A DNA stretch of 64,000 nt from Myxococcota bacterium (GTDB lineage Bacteria; Myxococcota_A; UBA796; UBA2385): NCBI GenBank assembly GCA_023150805.1, contig JAKLKF010000021.1, forward strand, positions 1 to 64,000. The letters run 5' to 3'. This document shows positions 43,924-53,998 of this stretch, in pieces; the stretch's first letter is position 1; every line of letters starts with the position of its first letter. Under the pieces are notes generated by a model, which ran no database searches, had not been told where the DNA came from, and saw only the letters and a list, made by a program, of their open reading frames with translations. The translations under genes and the position numbers were made by a program.

Positions 43924-44736
43924 CTACAGCACCGACTCGCCCACCACGACCTGGTCGCCGGCCAGCACGGGCACGTCGGGGTCCTTGCCCTTCAGGATGC
44001 GGCGCACGTTGACGCGGATGCGCTGGTCCCCGCGCAGCAGGGTGACGCGGCCCAGGTTGGCGGCGTCGGCGGCGCCGCCGGCCTCGGTGATGGCGCGGGC
44101 GACGGTCAGCCCCTCGCGGAAGGCGACGGAGCCCGGCTTGCTGACCTGGCCGGAGACGTAGACCAGGCTCTCGGGCACGAAGATCACGTCCCCGCCGGCC
44201 AGCGCCACGTTGCCGACCCCGCGGGAGACCAGGTCCTCGAAGGGCAGGACCGTGACCGCGCCCTCGCCGGCGCGGGTCAGCCGCACCTCGTTGACGCCCT
44301 GGCGGTTGACGCCGCCGGCCTGGCCCAGCAGCTCCAGCAGGGTGGTCGGGCCGCGGATGTAGTACACGCCGGGCTTGCCGACGGCGCCGAGCACCTGGAC
44401 CGGCTGGCTGCCGTAGGCCTCGACCCAGACGGTGACCTGGGGGTCGACCAGGTAGCCCTGCTGCAGGCGCGCCCGCAGGGTCGCGGCGACCTGGTCGGCG
44501 GTCTGGCCGGCGACGGAGACCGGGCCCAGGAACGGGAAGTCGATGCGCCCGGCCTCGTCCACCGGCACGCTGCGCGAGAGGTCGGCCTCGCCGTAGACCT
44601 GGATCTTGAGCACGTCGCCGTGCCCCACCGCGTAGCCGGCGACGGGGGCCGGGCTGGCGGGAGGCGAGGCGCCCGCGGGCTCCTGCGCGCGGGCCACGCC
44701 GAGCAGGAGGACCAGCAGGAGGGAGGGCGCGGGCAT
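43924..44736 (-). CDS. wza: Polysaccharide export outer-membrane protein (Wza/EpsY family)
   Basis: Signal peptide, Poly_export motif region (GYAVGHGDVLKIQVYGEADLS...PVDEAGRIDFPFLGPVSVAGQT) and SLBB-like C-terminus. Confidence 0.8.
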   Translation of the reverse strand: MPAPSLLLVLLLGVARAQEPAGASPPASPAPVAGYAVGHGDVLKIQVYGEADLSRSVPVDEAGRIDFPFLGPVSVAGQTADQVAATLRARLQQGYLVDPQVTVWVEAYGSQPVQVLGAVGKPGVYYIRGPTTLLELLGQAGGVNRQGVNEVRLTRAGEGAVTVLPFEDLVSRGVGNVALAGGDVIFVPESLVYVSGQVSKPGSVAFREGLTVARAITEAGGAADAANLGRVTLLRGDQRIRVNVRRILKGKDPDVPVLAGDQVVVGESVL

Positions 44737-44763
44737 GGCGGCTCGGGTGGGAGAGCGCCTGGA

Positions 44764-45459
44764 CTAACACCCCGGCGGGGGCACCTCGGCCCCCCGCGCC
44801 CAGGTCAGCAGCAGGTCGCCGTGGCGCTGCCAGCCGGCGGGCCGCGGGGGCAGGCCCTCGACCCACCAGCGCAGGCTGCCCTCGGGGGCCAGGGGTCCGG
44901 GGCCGGGCAGCTCCAGCCGCACCGCGCGGGGGTCCAGCCGCAGGCCGGTCCGCAGGACCTTGAGCGCGGCCTCCCGCGCCGACCACAGCAGGTTGGCGCG
45001 CAGGGCCGGGTCGGGGCTGGCCCGCACGGCGGCCGCCTCGTCCGGCCAGAGCCACTGGTCGAGGAAGGCCTCGCTGCGCGGCTCGATCCGCTCCAGGTCG
45101 ACGCCGACGCCGAGTCCGACGCCAGCGGCGGCGGGGGCCAGGGCGGCGGGGGCCAGGGCGGCGGCGGCGTGCCCGTCGCGGTGGCTGATCGACAGCGACA
45201 GGGCCAGGGGGCGGCCGTCCAGCCAGGGCTCGGGGGCGCCGTCGGCGGCCGGACGGACGTCCAGCCGCGGCGCGGAAGACACGGGCAGCCCCAGGTGCAG
45301 GCAGAGCAGGCGCGCGGCGGCGTAGCGTCCCAGCAGGTGATCGCGGCGACGGCGCTCGGTGCGCAGGGCGAGGACGCGCGCCGCGGCTGCGGGGTGCAGC
45401 CAGCCCGGGTCGGCGGGCAGGTCGGCGGCCGAGACCAGCACCAGCAGCGGCGCGCTCAT
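44764..45459 (-). CDS. 4'-phosphopantetheinyl transferase (Sfp/EntD type)
   Basis: ATG at 45459. GVDLERI (GxDxE) and WSAREAALK (W/FSAKEA) motifs. ATGA overlap with the upstream GT4. Confidence 0.7.
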   Translation of the reverse strand: MSAPLLVLVSAADLPADPGWLHPAAAARVLALRTERRRRDHLLGRYAAARLLCLHLGLPVSSAPRLDVRPAADGAPEPWLDGRPLALSLSISHRDGHAAAALAPAALAPAAAGVGLGVGVDLERIEPRSEAFLDQWLWPDEAAAVRASPDPALRANLLWSAREAALKVLRTGLRLDPRAVRLELPGPGPLAPEGSLRWWVEGLPPRPAGWQRHGDLLLTWARGAEVPPPGC

Positions 45460-46562
45460 CGCCCCTGCCGCAGCGCCCGGTAGGCGGCCTCGTAGGCGGC
45501 GGCCATCACGGGCAGGTCGAAGCGCTCCCGGGCGACCCGGCGACCGCGCTGGCCCGCCTGCCGGGCTGCGGGCAGGTCGGTCAGCAGCGCGCGCAGGGCG
45601 CGAGCCAGCGCGGGGGGGTCGCGCGGCGGCACCAGGGCGCCGGTGGAGGCGTCGACCAGCTCGGGCACGCAGCCGACGGCGGTGGCGACGACGGGCAGGC
45701 CGGCGGAGAGGGCCTCCATCACGACGAGGGGGTTGCCCTCGTAGGTCGACGACAGCACGAAGGCGTCGGCCGCGGCCATCAGCTCGGGCACGTCGCGCCG
45801 CACGCCCAGGAAGCGGACCCGCTCGCCCAGGCCCAGCGCGTCCGCCAGGGCCTCCAGCTCGGGCCGCAGCTCGCCCTCGCCGGCCAGCAGCAGCCGCAGC
45901 GGGGCCTCGCCCAGCGCGGGATCGGCCAGGGCGCGCAGCAGGGTGGCGTGGTCCTTCTGGGCGTTGAGCCGCCCGGCGGCCAGCAGCACGGGCAGGTCGT
46001 CGGCCAGGCCCAGCTCCCGGCGCACGGCCTGCCGGACCTCTGCCGGCCGCTGGAAGGCGGCGACGTCGACGCCGTTGGGGATGGTGAAGCGGGCGGGCAC
46101 CCCGTACAGCCGCTGCACGCTGTCGGCGACGGCCTGGCCGATGGCGACCGGCGCCACCCCCGCCCGGAAGGCCAGGTGGTGGGCGGCCTGGCCCAGGCGG
46201 TCGGCCTCGTGCTCCGCCAGGTTGTGCACGGTGTGCAGCACGGGGGCCCGGGGCCACGCCAGCCGGGCCGGCAGGACGTACTTCACGGTGTGCAGGTGGG
46301 TGTGGATCACGTCGGGCCGCAGCCGCCGCAGCAGCCGGGCCAGGCGGGGCACCACCCGCGGCTCCAGGCCCAGGCCCTTGTCCAGGAAGGCCAGTCCGAC
46401 CCCCGCGGCCCGCAGCTCGGCCTCGATGAAGCTGCCCGCCGGCGGGCCCAGCGCGCAGACGGTGACCCGGTGGCCGCGGGCCTGCAGGGCCACGGCGAGC
46501 AGGCCGACGATGCGCTCGGCGCCGCCGACCGTGAGCGAGGGGATCACCTGGAGGACGTGCAT
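45456..46562 (-). CDS. Glycosyltransferase family 4
   Basis: ATG at 46562 (MHVLQVIPSLTVGGAE). GT4 C-terminal EGNPLVVMEALSAGLPVV motif. ATGA overlaps at both ends. Confidence 0.8.
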   Translation of the reverse strand: MHVLQVIPSLTVGGAERIVGLLAVALQARGHRVTVCALGPPAGSFIEAELRAAGVGLAFLDKGLGLEPRVVPRLARLLRRLRPDVIHTHLHTVKYVLPARLAWPRAPVLHTVHNLAEHEADRLGQAAHHLAFRAGVAPVAIGQAVADSVQRLYGVPARFTIPNGVDVAAFQRPAEVRQAVRRELGLADDLPVLLAAGRLNAQKDHATLLRALADPALGEAPLRLLLAGEGELRPELEALADALGLGERVRFLGVRRDVPELMAAADAFVLSSTYEGNPLVVMEALSAGLPVVATAVGCVPELVDASTGALVPPRDPPALARALRALLTDLPAARQAGQRGRRVARERFDLPVMAAAYEAAYRALRQGR

Positions 46563-48022
46563 CAGACCCGCCGCAGCCAGCGCAGGTCGCGGGGGTGCCA
46601 GGCGCCCACGAGGTAGCCCAGCACGGCGTAGACGAGGGCGCCGACGGCGACCTGGAGCAGGACGTGGAAGGGGGGCAACAGCAACAGGACGCCGCCCATG
46701 AGCAGCGAGGGCAGGGCCGCGCGCGCCACCATCGGCAGCACGCGGTAGCCCTCCAGCAGGGGCGCCATCCGCCAGTGCTTCCACAGCAGCAGCCCCACGT
46801 CGGTCAGCAACGTGGTGAAGGCCGCGCCCGCGGCCCCCCAGCGGGGGATGGCGTACAGGTTGGCCAGGATGTTGAAGGCCGCCGCCCAGAACACCCCGCG
46901 CGTGCGATCGGCCTGGCGGTTGAGGCTGGACAGGGTCATGCCGTAGGCGTTCTTGAGGAAGCGCAGCGGGATCATGGGCGCCATGATCACGAAGGCGACC
47001 GAGGCCGCGGCGAACTCCTCGCCGCCCATCAGCACGACCAGGGGCTCGGCCAGCACGACCCCGCCCACCGCCGCGGGCATCGAGATGGCGAGCAGCACGC
47101 GGGCGGTGCGGGTCAGCTCCTCGCCGGCGGCGGCCGGGTCGCCCAGGTGGCGGGCCATGCGCGGGAAGACGCCGGTGGTGATGGTGTCGGCGACCTGGGG
47201 CAGCAGGGCGATGACGATGGTGGCCGCGCGGTAGAGCCCGACCTCGGCCTCGCCGCGCATCTGCTGGAGCATGATGACGTCGACGCTGAGGTAGACGCTG
47301 GTGAACAGGGCGTTGAGCCCGAAGGGCACCGAGCGGCGCAGCAGGCCGGGGACCTCGGCCGCCCCCTGGCGCAGCGGCAGCCGCCCGACCTCGCGGGCGT
47401 AGACGACCAGGATGATGCCCAGGGTGACCAGGGCGTCGATGACCTGGGCGCCGAAGACGGCGACGACGTCGAGCCCGGCCTGGAGCAGGACCAGGGTGGC
47501 CGCGACCAGGACCATGCGCCCGACGATGTGGCCGCCCGCGCCGAGCCCCATGCGCCGCAGGGCGTGGAAGCTGGCCACCGGCATCATCGCCAGCGAGCGC
47601 AGGCCCAGCGCCAGGGCGCCGACCGCGGCGGCGGTCACCACCAGGGGGCGGCCGTCGCCCAGCCAGGCCCAGCCGACGATGGCGGCGGCCGTGACGGTCG
47701 AGAGCAGGGCCGTCGCCAGCAGGCCGGCGGCGACCGAGCGGGGCAGCAGCGACTCGTCGCGCGAGATCTCGGCGTTGAGCAGCCGGTCCATGCCCATGTA
47801 GGAGCCGAAGGCGAACAGCCCCACCAGGGTCGTGACGTAGCCGTAGATGCCGAAGGGCTCGACGCCCAGGGCGCGCATCACGATCACGTTGACCACGAAG
47901 CCGGCGCCCAGGCGGAAGGCCTGGCTGATGCCCAGGAAGATCAGGTTCCCGCCGCGACGGAGCGCGGCGCTCCCGCCCCGCGACCCGGCCGCCGCGCCCG
48001 ACGGCTCAGGCGTGCCGGACAT
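46562..48022 (-). CDS. wzx: Wzx-type polysaccharide flippase (MOP superfamily)
   Basis: 486 aa, 12-14 helix polysaccharide_biosynth protein architecture. Confidence 0.75.
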   Translation of the reverse strand: MSGTPEPSGAAAGSRGGSAALRRGGNLIFLGISQAFRLGAGFVVNVIVMRALGVEPFGIYGYVTTLVGLFAFGSYMGMDRLLNAEISRDESLLPRSVAAGLLATALLSTVTAAAIVGWAWLGDGRPLVVTAAAVGALALGLRSLAMMPVASFHALRRMGLGAGGHIVGRMVLVAATLVLLQAGLDVVAVFGAQVIDALVTLGIILVVYAREVGRLPLRQGAAEVPGLLRRSVPFGLNALFTSVYLSVDVIMLQQMRGEAEVGLYRAATIVIALLPQVADTITTGVFPRMARHLGDPAAAGEELTRTARVLLAISMPAAVGGVVLAEPLVVLMGGEEFAAASVAFVIMAPMIPLRFLKNAYGMTLSSLNRQADRTRGVFWAAAFNILANLYAIPRWGAAGAAFTTLLTDVGLLLWKHWRMAPLLEGYRVLPMVARAALPSLLMGGVLLLLPPFHVLLQVAVGALVYAVLGYLVGAWHPRDLRWLRRV

Positions 48023-49334
48023 CCTCGACCTCCTGGTGCACCACGGCCAGGGTGAAGCCCAGCACCAGGTAGGCCATGGCCAGCGTGAGCAGGCCGAGGG
48101 TCACCGCCATCAGGGCGATGGCCGCCAGGCCCAGCGCGGCGCCCAGCACGCGGGCCCGCCCCTGGGGGTCCCGGGCGCGCCGGTAGCCCCGCGCCAGGGT
48201 GCGGGTCACGGCCAGGCCCAGCACCGCCGTCGCCAGCAGGCCGACGATCCCCTGCTCGCAGGCGATCTGCAGGTAGGTGTTGTGCGGCGGCAGCAGGTGG
48301 CCTTCCAGCGGGATGAAGCCGCTCTCGGTCTGGAACTCGCCGGGGCCGACGCCCAGCAGCGGGTGCTCCACGAACAGGTCCCAGGCCTGGCGCCCCAGCT
48401 CGGCCCGCTCGTTCAGGCTGTTGTCCTCCACCGCGGCCGTGCCGGTCAGCTTGTCCACCAGCGTGCGGTACCGGGACAGCGCGGCGTCCACGTCGACCGC
48501 CACCGGAGCGGCGACCAGCGCGGCCAGGGCGGCCAGCGACAGCTCGCCGCGCCGGTGGCGGACCAGCAGCACCGACAGGGGCAGCACCACCATCGCCGCC
48601 ACGAAGGCCGCCCGGGACTGGGTCATCATGATGGCGATCGGCGGCAGCCCGAGCATCGCCAGGCGCAGCGGCCGGGCCAGGGCGTGGTCGTCCCAGGCCA
48701 GCCCGCCCAGCAACCAGGGGGTCAGCAGCAGCAGCATGGCCCCCCACTCGTTGGGGTCGCCCATCGTGCCGGTCGACCGCCCCCCGCCGCTGGCCGCCGC
48801 CATGTTCGAGAGCAGGATGAGCGCCAGGGCGATGGCGCAGGCGCGGTAGACCCCCGCGAGGTCGGCCTCGGCCAGCGCGGCGTAGACCAGCCCCACCAGC
48901 ACGGTGAGCATGGCCAGGCCCGCCAGGTCGAAGATGCCGTAGTGCATGGACCCCACGACCGCGATCGACAGCCCGGTGGCCACGACCATCGTCAGCAGTC
49001 CCCCCAGCACCGGGTGCCAGCGGACCGGCTTGCGCCCGGTCAGCATCGCGTGCGCCGCCCACATGCCCAGGCTGCCCAGCACCGCCAGCTTCGAGGCCGT
49101 CACCGGCAGCCGGGCCACGTCGATGCCCGCCACCCCCGCCTGGTCGAAGAGCATCGCGACGTACATCAGCCCGACCAGGAAGGGCGGCGAGGACAGGCCC
49201 AGCCAGGCCACGACGAGGGCGCCCAGCAGCAGGGCCGGGAGGACCGGCGAGACGGCCACGGCGCCCCCCGCGAGCAACCCCAGCCCCATCGGCACCAGGC
49301 CCCGGCGCGACGCCGGCCACCGGGCCCCGGTCAT
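48006..49334 (-). CDS. Wzy-type polymerase / O-antigen ligase family membrane protein
   Basis: ATG at 49334. Polytopic, with a large periplasmic loop and the O-antigen-ligase-like region (MTQSRAAFVAAMVVLPL). Confidence 0.65.
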   Translation of the reverse strand: MTGARWPASRRGLVPMGLGLLAGGAVAVSPVLPALLLGALVVAWLGLSSPPFLVGLMYVAMLFDQAGVAGIDVARLPVTASKLAVLGSLGMWAAHAMLTGRKPVRWHPVLGGLLTMVVATGLSIAVVGSMHYGIFDLAGLAMLTVLVGLVYAALAEADLAGVYRACAIALALILLSNMAAASGGGRSTGTMGDPNEWGAMLLLLTPWLLGGLAWDDHALARPLRLAMLGLPPIAIMMTQSRAAFVAAMVVLPLSVLLVRHRRGELSLAALAALVAAPVAVDVDAALSRYRTLVDKLTGTAAVEDNSLNERAELGRQAWDLFVEHPLLGVGPGEFQTESGFIPLEGHLLPPHNTYLQIACEQGIVGLLATAVLGLAVTRTLARGYRRARDPQGRARVLGAALGLAAIALMAVTLGLLTLAMAYLVLGFTLAVVHQEVEDVRHA

Positions 49335-51454
49335 GCGGAGGGCGTGGACGGCCCCGCCGCGGCCGGGGGCGCAGCCCCTTCTTGGCGCTGGCCGTAGTAG
49401 GGCCGGTCCAGCCCGTAGCGCTTCGCCTCGCGGGAGATGGGCAGGTCGTTGAGCACGACGCCCAGCACGCGCGCGCCGGTCTGCCGCAGGCGGGCCAGGG
49501 TCTGGGCGACGATGGCGCGCGAGGGCAGGCCGCGCCGCACGACGACGAGCACCCCGTCGGTGTGCGAGGCCATCGCGGCGGCGTCGGCGAGCATCCCGGC
49601 GGGGGGGGTGTCGATGATGACGACCTTGTAGGTCTCGCCCAGCAGGTCGAGCACGTCGTCCATGGCCTGCGAGGCCAGCAGCTCGTTGGGCAGGTCGACG
49701 CCGGCGCCGACGGTCATCGCGTGCAGGTTCGGGATCGCCGTCGGCCGGACGAAGCGCAGCGGGTCGCGGGGGTCGGCCAGCGCCTCGGCCACGCCGGGCT
49801 CGGGCGGCAGGCCCAGCACCTGGTGCACCCGGGGCGCCCGCAGGTCCCCCTCGAAGAGCAGCACGCTCAGGCCGAGCTGGGCGTAGGCCACGGCCAGCCC
49901 GGCGGCGACGGTGGTCTTGCCCTCGCCTTCCATGGTGCTGGTCACCAGCAGGCGGCGGCTGCGGCCCCTCCCGATGGTGGAGATCAGCACGCCGCGCAGC
50001 GCCCGGAAGGACTCGGCGTAGACCGAGCGGGGGTGGTCGAGCAGGTAGAGCGCGCGCTGCTCGGGGCGGGTCTCGCCGGGCAGCGAGGGGATGGCCCCCA
50101 GCAGCGTCTCCCCGAGCAGGCCCTGCACGTCGCCCGGCGTGCCGATGCTCTCGTCGAGGCGGTGCCGCAGCAGCGCCAACCCGAAGCCGCCCCCCAGGCC
50201 CACGAACAGCGCCATGCCCATGTTGAGCGGCACGTTGGGGCGCGTCGGCCGGGAGGGCGGCTGGGCCAAGTCCACCACCCGCACGTCGTTGAGCTGGGTG
50301 TGCGCCTGCAGGTCGACCTCGGTCCCCCGCTGGCCCAGCGCGTCGTAGACCTGCCGGGCGCGCTCGTGCTCCATCTTCAGCCGGGAGTACTCCTCCTGCA
50401 GGCGCTGCTTGTCGAGCAGCTCGCCCTTGACCGAGGACAGCTCCTCCTCCAGGCGGGTCTCCTGCCGCCGCAGCGTGTTCACCCGGCTGCGCTCGGCGTC
50501 GACCGCGCGCGCGACCTCGGCGGCCAGCATCTCCTCGACCCGGGCCTGGTGGGCCAGGGCGCGGCGGTGCTCGGGGTGCTGGTCCCCGTAGCGGGCCAGC
50601 ACCTGGGCCGACTGCGCCACCACCTGGGCGTGCTCCTCGGCCAGGGCGTTGAGGGTCGGGTCGTCGAACATGCCCGCCAGGACGTCGGTGTCGCCGGCCC
50701 GCAGCAGCCGCTGGTGCTCGTAGAGGCGGGTCTCGAGCAGGACCCGCTCGGTGGTGGTGTCGCCATAGGCCTGCTGCAGCGCCGAGAGGCGGGAGCTGAT
50801 CCCGTCGATCCGCTCCTCGATGTCGACGACGTCCTGCTCCTCCTTGAACTGCAGGAGCGCGGCGCTGGCCTGGTCGACCGACTGCAGGTACTGGTCGCTG
50901 CGGTTCTCGATCCACACCTTCGTGTCGCGCGCGGCGTCCCGCCGGGCGTCCAGGTTGCCCTCCTGGTAGACCTCGGCCACCAGGTTGGCGAGCGCGGCGG
51001 CGCGCTCGGGGTCGGCATGGGCGACCCGGATCTCGACGAGCTGGGTGTCCTCCCGGGGGCCGGCCGAGAGCTTGCGCCCCAGCCGGTCCACGTCGTCGGA
51101 CGTCGGCCGCAGGTCGTCGAAGCCCTGCTGGTTGTAGCGTCGGAGCGCTTCTTCCCGGACCACCCGGCTCTGGATGATCTGCACCTGGGTGCGCGCCCGC
51201 TCCCGCCCCTCCATGTAGCCGCCGGCGTCGGACTGCACGACCTCGCGCACCGCGATCTCCTGGCCCGCGCGCGGCAGCAGGTGGACCACGGTGACCGCCT
51301 CGTACTCCCGATCCGCCAGGGCGGTGCCGACGCCGGCCGCGACCAGCGAGGCGCCGAGGAAGCCCAGGAAGGTCACCCTCTGCTGGCGGATCACCTCCAG
51401 CAGGTGGCCGAGGTCCAGCCAGGGATCGGGCGGGCGGTGGGACGAGGTGCTCAC
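49331..51454 (-). CDS. wzc: Polysaccharide co-polymerase / tyrosine autokinase (Wzc, PCP-2a)
   Basis: GTG at 51454. N-terminal transmembrane segment, Wzz periplasmic coiled-coil, second transmembrane segment. Cytoplasmic kinase Walker A TSTMEGEGKTT and Walker B VVIIDTPP. Confidence 0.85.
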   Translation of the reverse strand: MSTSSHRPPDPWLDLGHLLEVIRQQRVTFLGFLGASLVAAGVGTALADREYEAVTVVHLLPRAGQEIAVREVVQSDAGGYMEGRERARTQVQIIQSRVVREEALRRYNQQGFDDLRPTSDDVDRLGRKLSAGPREDTQLVEIRVAHADPERAAALANLVAEVYQEGNLDARRDAARDTKVWIENRSDQYLQSVDQASAALLQFKEEQDVVDIEERIDGISSRLSALQQAYGDTTTERVLLETRLYEHQRLLRAGDTDVLAGMFDDPTLNALAEEHAQVVAQSAQVLARYGDQHPEHRRALAHQARVEEMLAAEVARAVDAERSRVNTLRRQETRLEEELSSVKGELLDKQRLQEEYSRLKMEHERARQVYDALGQRGTEVDLQAHTQLNDVRVVDLAQPPSRPTRPNVPLNMGMALFVGLGGGFGLALLRHRLDESIGTPGDVQGLLGETLLGAIPSLPGETRPEQRALYLLDHPRSVYAESFRALRGVLISTIGRGRSRRLLVTSTMEGEGKTTVAAGLAVAYAQLGLSVLLFEGDLRAPRVHQVLGLPPEPGVAEALADPRDPLRFVRPTAIPNLHAMTVGAGVDLPNELLASQAMDDVLDLLGETYKVVIIDTPPAGMLADAAAMASHTDGVLVVVRRGLPSRAIVAQTLARLRQTGARVLGVVLNDLPISREAKRYGLDRPYYGQRQEGAAPPAAAGPSTPSA

Positions 51455-51575
51455 GCGCGACGCCTATCCCGCGGGCACCTGCCCAGCGGGCCGGCCAGCT
51501 TCACCGGATGTCTCCGAACGCGCCGGCCTGTCGCGGCCGCTGGCCGCGGGGGCACCGACTGGCGATATTGCCGCC

Positions 51576-52574
51576 GTGATCACCAGCCTGCCGCGCGGCG
51601 TCTTCACCCTGAGCCTGGACTTCGAGCTGGTCTGGGGCTCTCGGGACCTCTACGACCCGCTGGAGCCGCTGCTGGTCCAGGCCCGGGACACGCGCCGGAT
51701 CGTCTTCGAGCGGCTGCTCGGGCGCCTGCAGGCCCTGGGCATGGTGGCCACCTGGGCGACCGTCGGTCACCTCTTCCTCGCCGAGGCCCGCCGCGTCGAC
51801 GGCGTGCTGCACCCCGAGGTCGTCCCCCCGGCGCACCGGTGGTACCCCCGGCCCTGGTTCCAGGACGTGCCCGAGGGGACCGAGGCCGAGCACCCGGAGT
51901 TCTACGGGCGCAGCCTGGTGCGCCGCCTGGTCGAGGCGGGCCAGGAGATCGGCAGCCACAGCTTCTCCCACCCCGTCTTCGGCGACCCGGGCTGCTCGCG
52001 GCAGTGCGCCGACACCGACCTGGCCCGCTGCGTGGCCCTGGGGCGCGAGCTGGGGCTGACCCTGCGCGCCTTCGTCTTTCCCCGCAACGTCGTCGGTCAC
52101 CTGGACCTGGTCGCGCGCCACGGCTTCACCTGCTGGCGGGGGCCGGCGCCCGACTGGTACAGCCGACCGGGAGTGCCCCGGGTGGCGGGGCGCCTGGCGC
52201 ACCTGGCCGACGTGGCCCGGGCAGCGCGGCCCCCGACGGTGCTCCCCGAGCGCGGGCCCCACGGGCTGTGGAACGTGCCGGCGTCGGCCTCCTTCCTGCC
52301 CTCGGACGGCGTGCGGAGGGTGATCCCCGTCTCCCGCCGCGTCGACCGGGCGCTCGCGGGCCTCTCCGACGCGGTCGACCAGCGGCGGGTCTTCCACCTC
52401 TGGCTGCACCCGATCAACCTGGCCTCTCATCCCGAGCCCATGCTCGCCGGCCTGTGCCGGGTGCTGGACCAGGCCGCCCGCCTGCGGGACGCCGGACGGC
52501 TCGACGTGCTCGGCATGGCCCAGGTGGCGGAGCGGGCCCAGGCGCAGGAGCCGGTCGCGGCCCGCTCGGCCTGA
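51576..52574 (+). CDS. Polysaccharide deacetylase (carbohydrate esterase family 4 / NodB)-like protein
   Basis: TLSLDFE (DxE-like) and HSFSHP His motifs. Start uncertain: GTG at 51576 is the first in-frame start not overlapping wzc. Confidence 0.65.
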   Translation: MITSLPRGVFTLSLDFELVWGSRDLYDPLEPLLVQARDTRRIVFERLLGRLQALGMVATWATVGHLFLAEARRVDGVLHPEVVPPAHRWYPRPWFQDVPEGTEAEHPEFYGRSLVRRLVEAGQEIGSHSFSHPVFGDPGCSRQCADTDLARCVALGRELGLTLRAFVFPRNVVGHLDLVARHGFTCWRGPAPDWYSRPGVPRVAGRLAHLADVARAARPPTVLPERGPHGLWNVPASASFLPSDGVRRVIPVSRRVDRALAGLSDAVDQRRVFHLWLHPINLASHPEPMLAGLCRVLDQAARLRDAGRLDVLGMAQVAERAQAQEPVAARSA

Positions 52575-52596
52575 AGCGACGCGCTACGCTGCCCGC

Positions 52597-53709
52597 GTGA
52601 CCCGCCCCGACCGCATCCGGATCGCGCCCATGGACGAGGGCTGGCTGCCTCAGGTGGCCGCGTTCCGGGCCCGCGTCTTCCCGGACAACCGCTGGGGCGC
52701 GTCCGAGGCCCACCTGCGCTGGCGCTTCCTGCGGGGTCCGGGGGGGGAGCCCCCGATGGTGCTGCTGGCGCTGCGCGGGGACGAGGTCGTCGGTCACTGG
52801 GCCGGCATGTCCGACCGCCTGCTCGGCGCCCGGGCGGCGTGGCCGGTCACCTGGATGGTCGACCTGGTCGTCGCGCCGGAGCACCGGGACACCATGGCCG
52901 CCGCCGCCCTCTTCCGGGCCGCCGCCGCCAGCGGACGGAACCTGCTGGCCATCGGCGCCACCGACGCAGTGTTGCCCTTCTACCCGGTCTTCCGCTGGCA
53001 GCGGCGCGCGATCGCCGACACCTTCTACCGCGTGCTCCGCCCGGGCCCGGCGGCCGCCCTGGCCGGCCAGCACCTCGACGGCGCGCCCGCCCGGCTGGCC
53101 CCCCTCGCCGACCGCCTGCTGCCCCTCGCCCAGGAGCTGGCCTCGCGCCACCGGGTCGAGGTCGAGCCCCTGCCCTCGCCCGGCCCCGAGGTCGACGCCC
53201 TCTGCGAGGAGCTGCGGCCCCGCCTGGGCCTGCACTTCGACCGAGGGGCCCGCTGGCAGCGCTGGAAGCTCGACCAGCGGCCCTGCGGGCGGCACCGCGT
53301 GCTGGTCCTGCGCCACCGGGGGGGCCGCCTGCGCGGCCTGGTCGTGGTCAAGCTCCGCGCGCGGCCCGGAGTCGCCCGCTGGGCCGAGCTGTCCGACCTG
53401 CTGGTGGATCCCGCCGACGGCGAGGCCTTCGACGCCTTGATCGACGCCGGCACGCGGGCCGCCATCGCCGCCGAGGTCGACCTGGTGCGCCTGCGCTGCT
53501 CGCTGCCCGCCCACACGACGCGCCTGCGCCCCCCCTGGTGGCTGCGGCGCACGCGCACGCCGGTGGACGACCTGTTCCTGTCGGCGCCGCCGGAGGTCCT
53601 GGCCGCGTGGGCGCGCGCGCCCTGGCACCTCACCGCCGCCGCCTCCGACACGGTGGACACCGGCCTGGACGAGTGGGAGGGGGCAGCGCCGGGCGCTCCG
53701 CCCTGGTAG
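52597..53709 (+). CDS. GNAT/FemAB-like acyltransferase family protein
   Basis: 370 aa. N-terminal domain resembles a GNAT fold (VVGHWAGMSDRLLG...LVVAPEHRD), second domain similar. GC3-biased. Confidence 0.45.
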   Translation: MTRPDRIRIAPMDEGWLPQVAAFRARVFPDNRWGASEAHLRWRFLRGPGGEPPMVLLALRGDEVVGHWAGMSDRLLGARAAWPVTWMVDLVVAPEHRDTMAAAALFRAAAASGRNLLAIGATDAVLPFYPVFRWQRRAIADTFYRVLRPGPAAALAGQHLDGAPARLAPLADRLLPLAQELASRHRVEVEPLPSPGPEVDALCEELRPRLGLHFDRGARWQRWKLDQRPCGRHRVLVLRHRGGRLRGLVVVKLRARPGVARWAELSDLLVDPADGEAFDALIDAGTRAAIAAEVDLVRLRCSLPAHTTRLRPPWWLRRTRTPVDDLFLSAPPEVLAAWARAPWHLTAAASDTVDTGLDEWEGAAPGAPPW

Positions 53710-53742
53710 ACGCGCGTCGTCCCCGCGCAGGGAGGAGCGACC

Positions 53743-53991
53743 ATGGCGACCCGGAAGCAGATCCAGGACCTGTTCACTGCGGCCTTGGGCCTGCCGGCCG
53801 AGACCGACTTCGCGACCCTGGCCTACCGCGGCGTGCCGCAGTGGGACTCGGTGGCGCACATGAGCCTGGTCGCGCGGCTGGAGGCGGCCCTGGGCATCAT
53901 GCTCGAGACCGACGACGTGCTCGACATGAGCAGCTTCGACGAGTGCCTGCGCATCCTGGCGCGCCACGGGGTGCGGGTCGAGGAGCCCTGA
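53743..53991 (+). CDS. Acyl carrier protein
   Basis: 82 aa with the phosphopantetheine attachment motif GVPQWDSVAHMSLVARLE (DS-L). SD ggagga upstream. Confidence 0.7.
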   Translation: MATRKQIQDLFTAALGLPAETDFATLAYRGVPQWDSVAHMSLVARLEAALGIMLETDDVLDMSSFDECLRILARHGVRVEEP

Positions 53992-53998
53992 GCGCCGC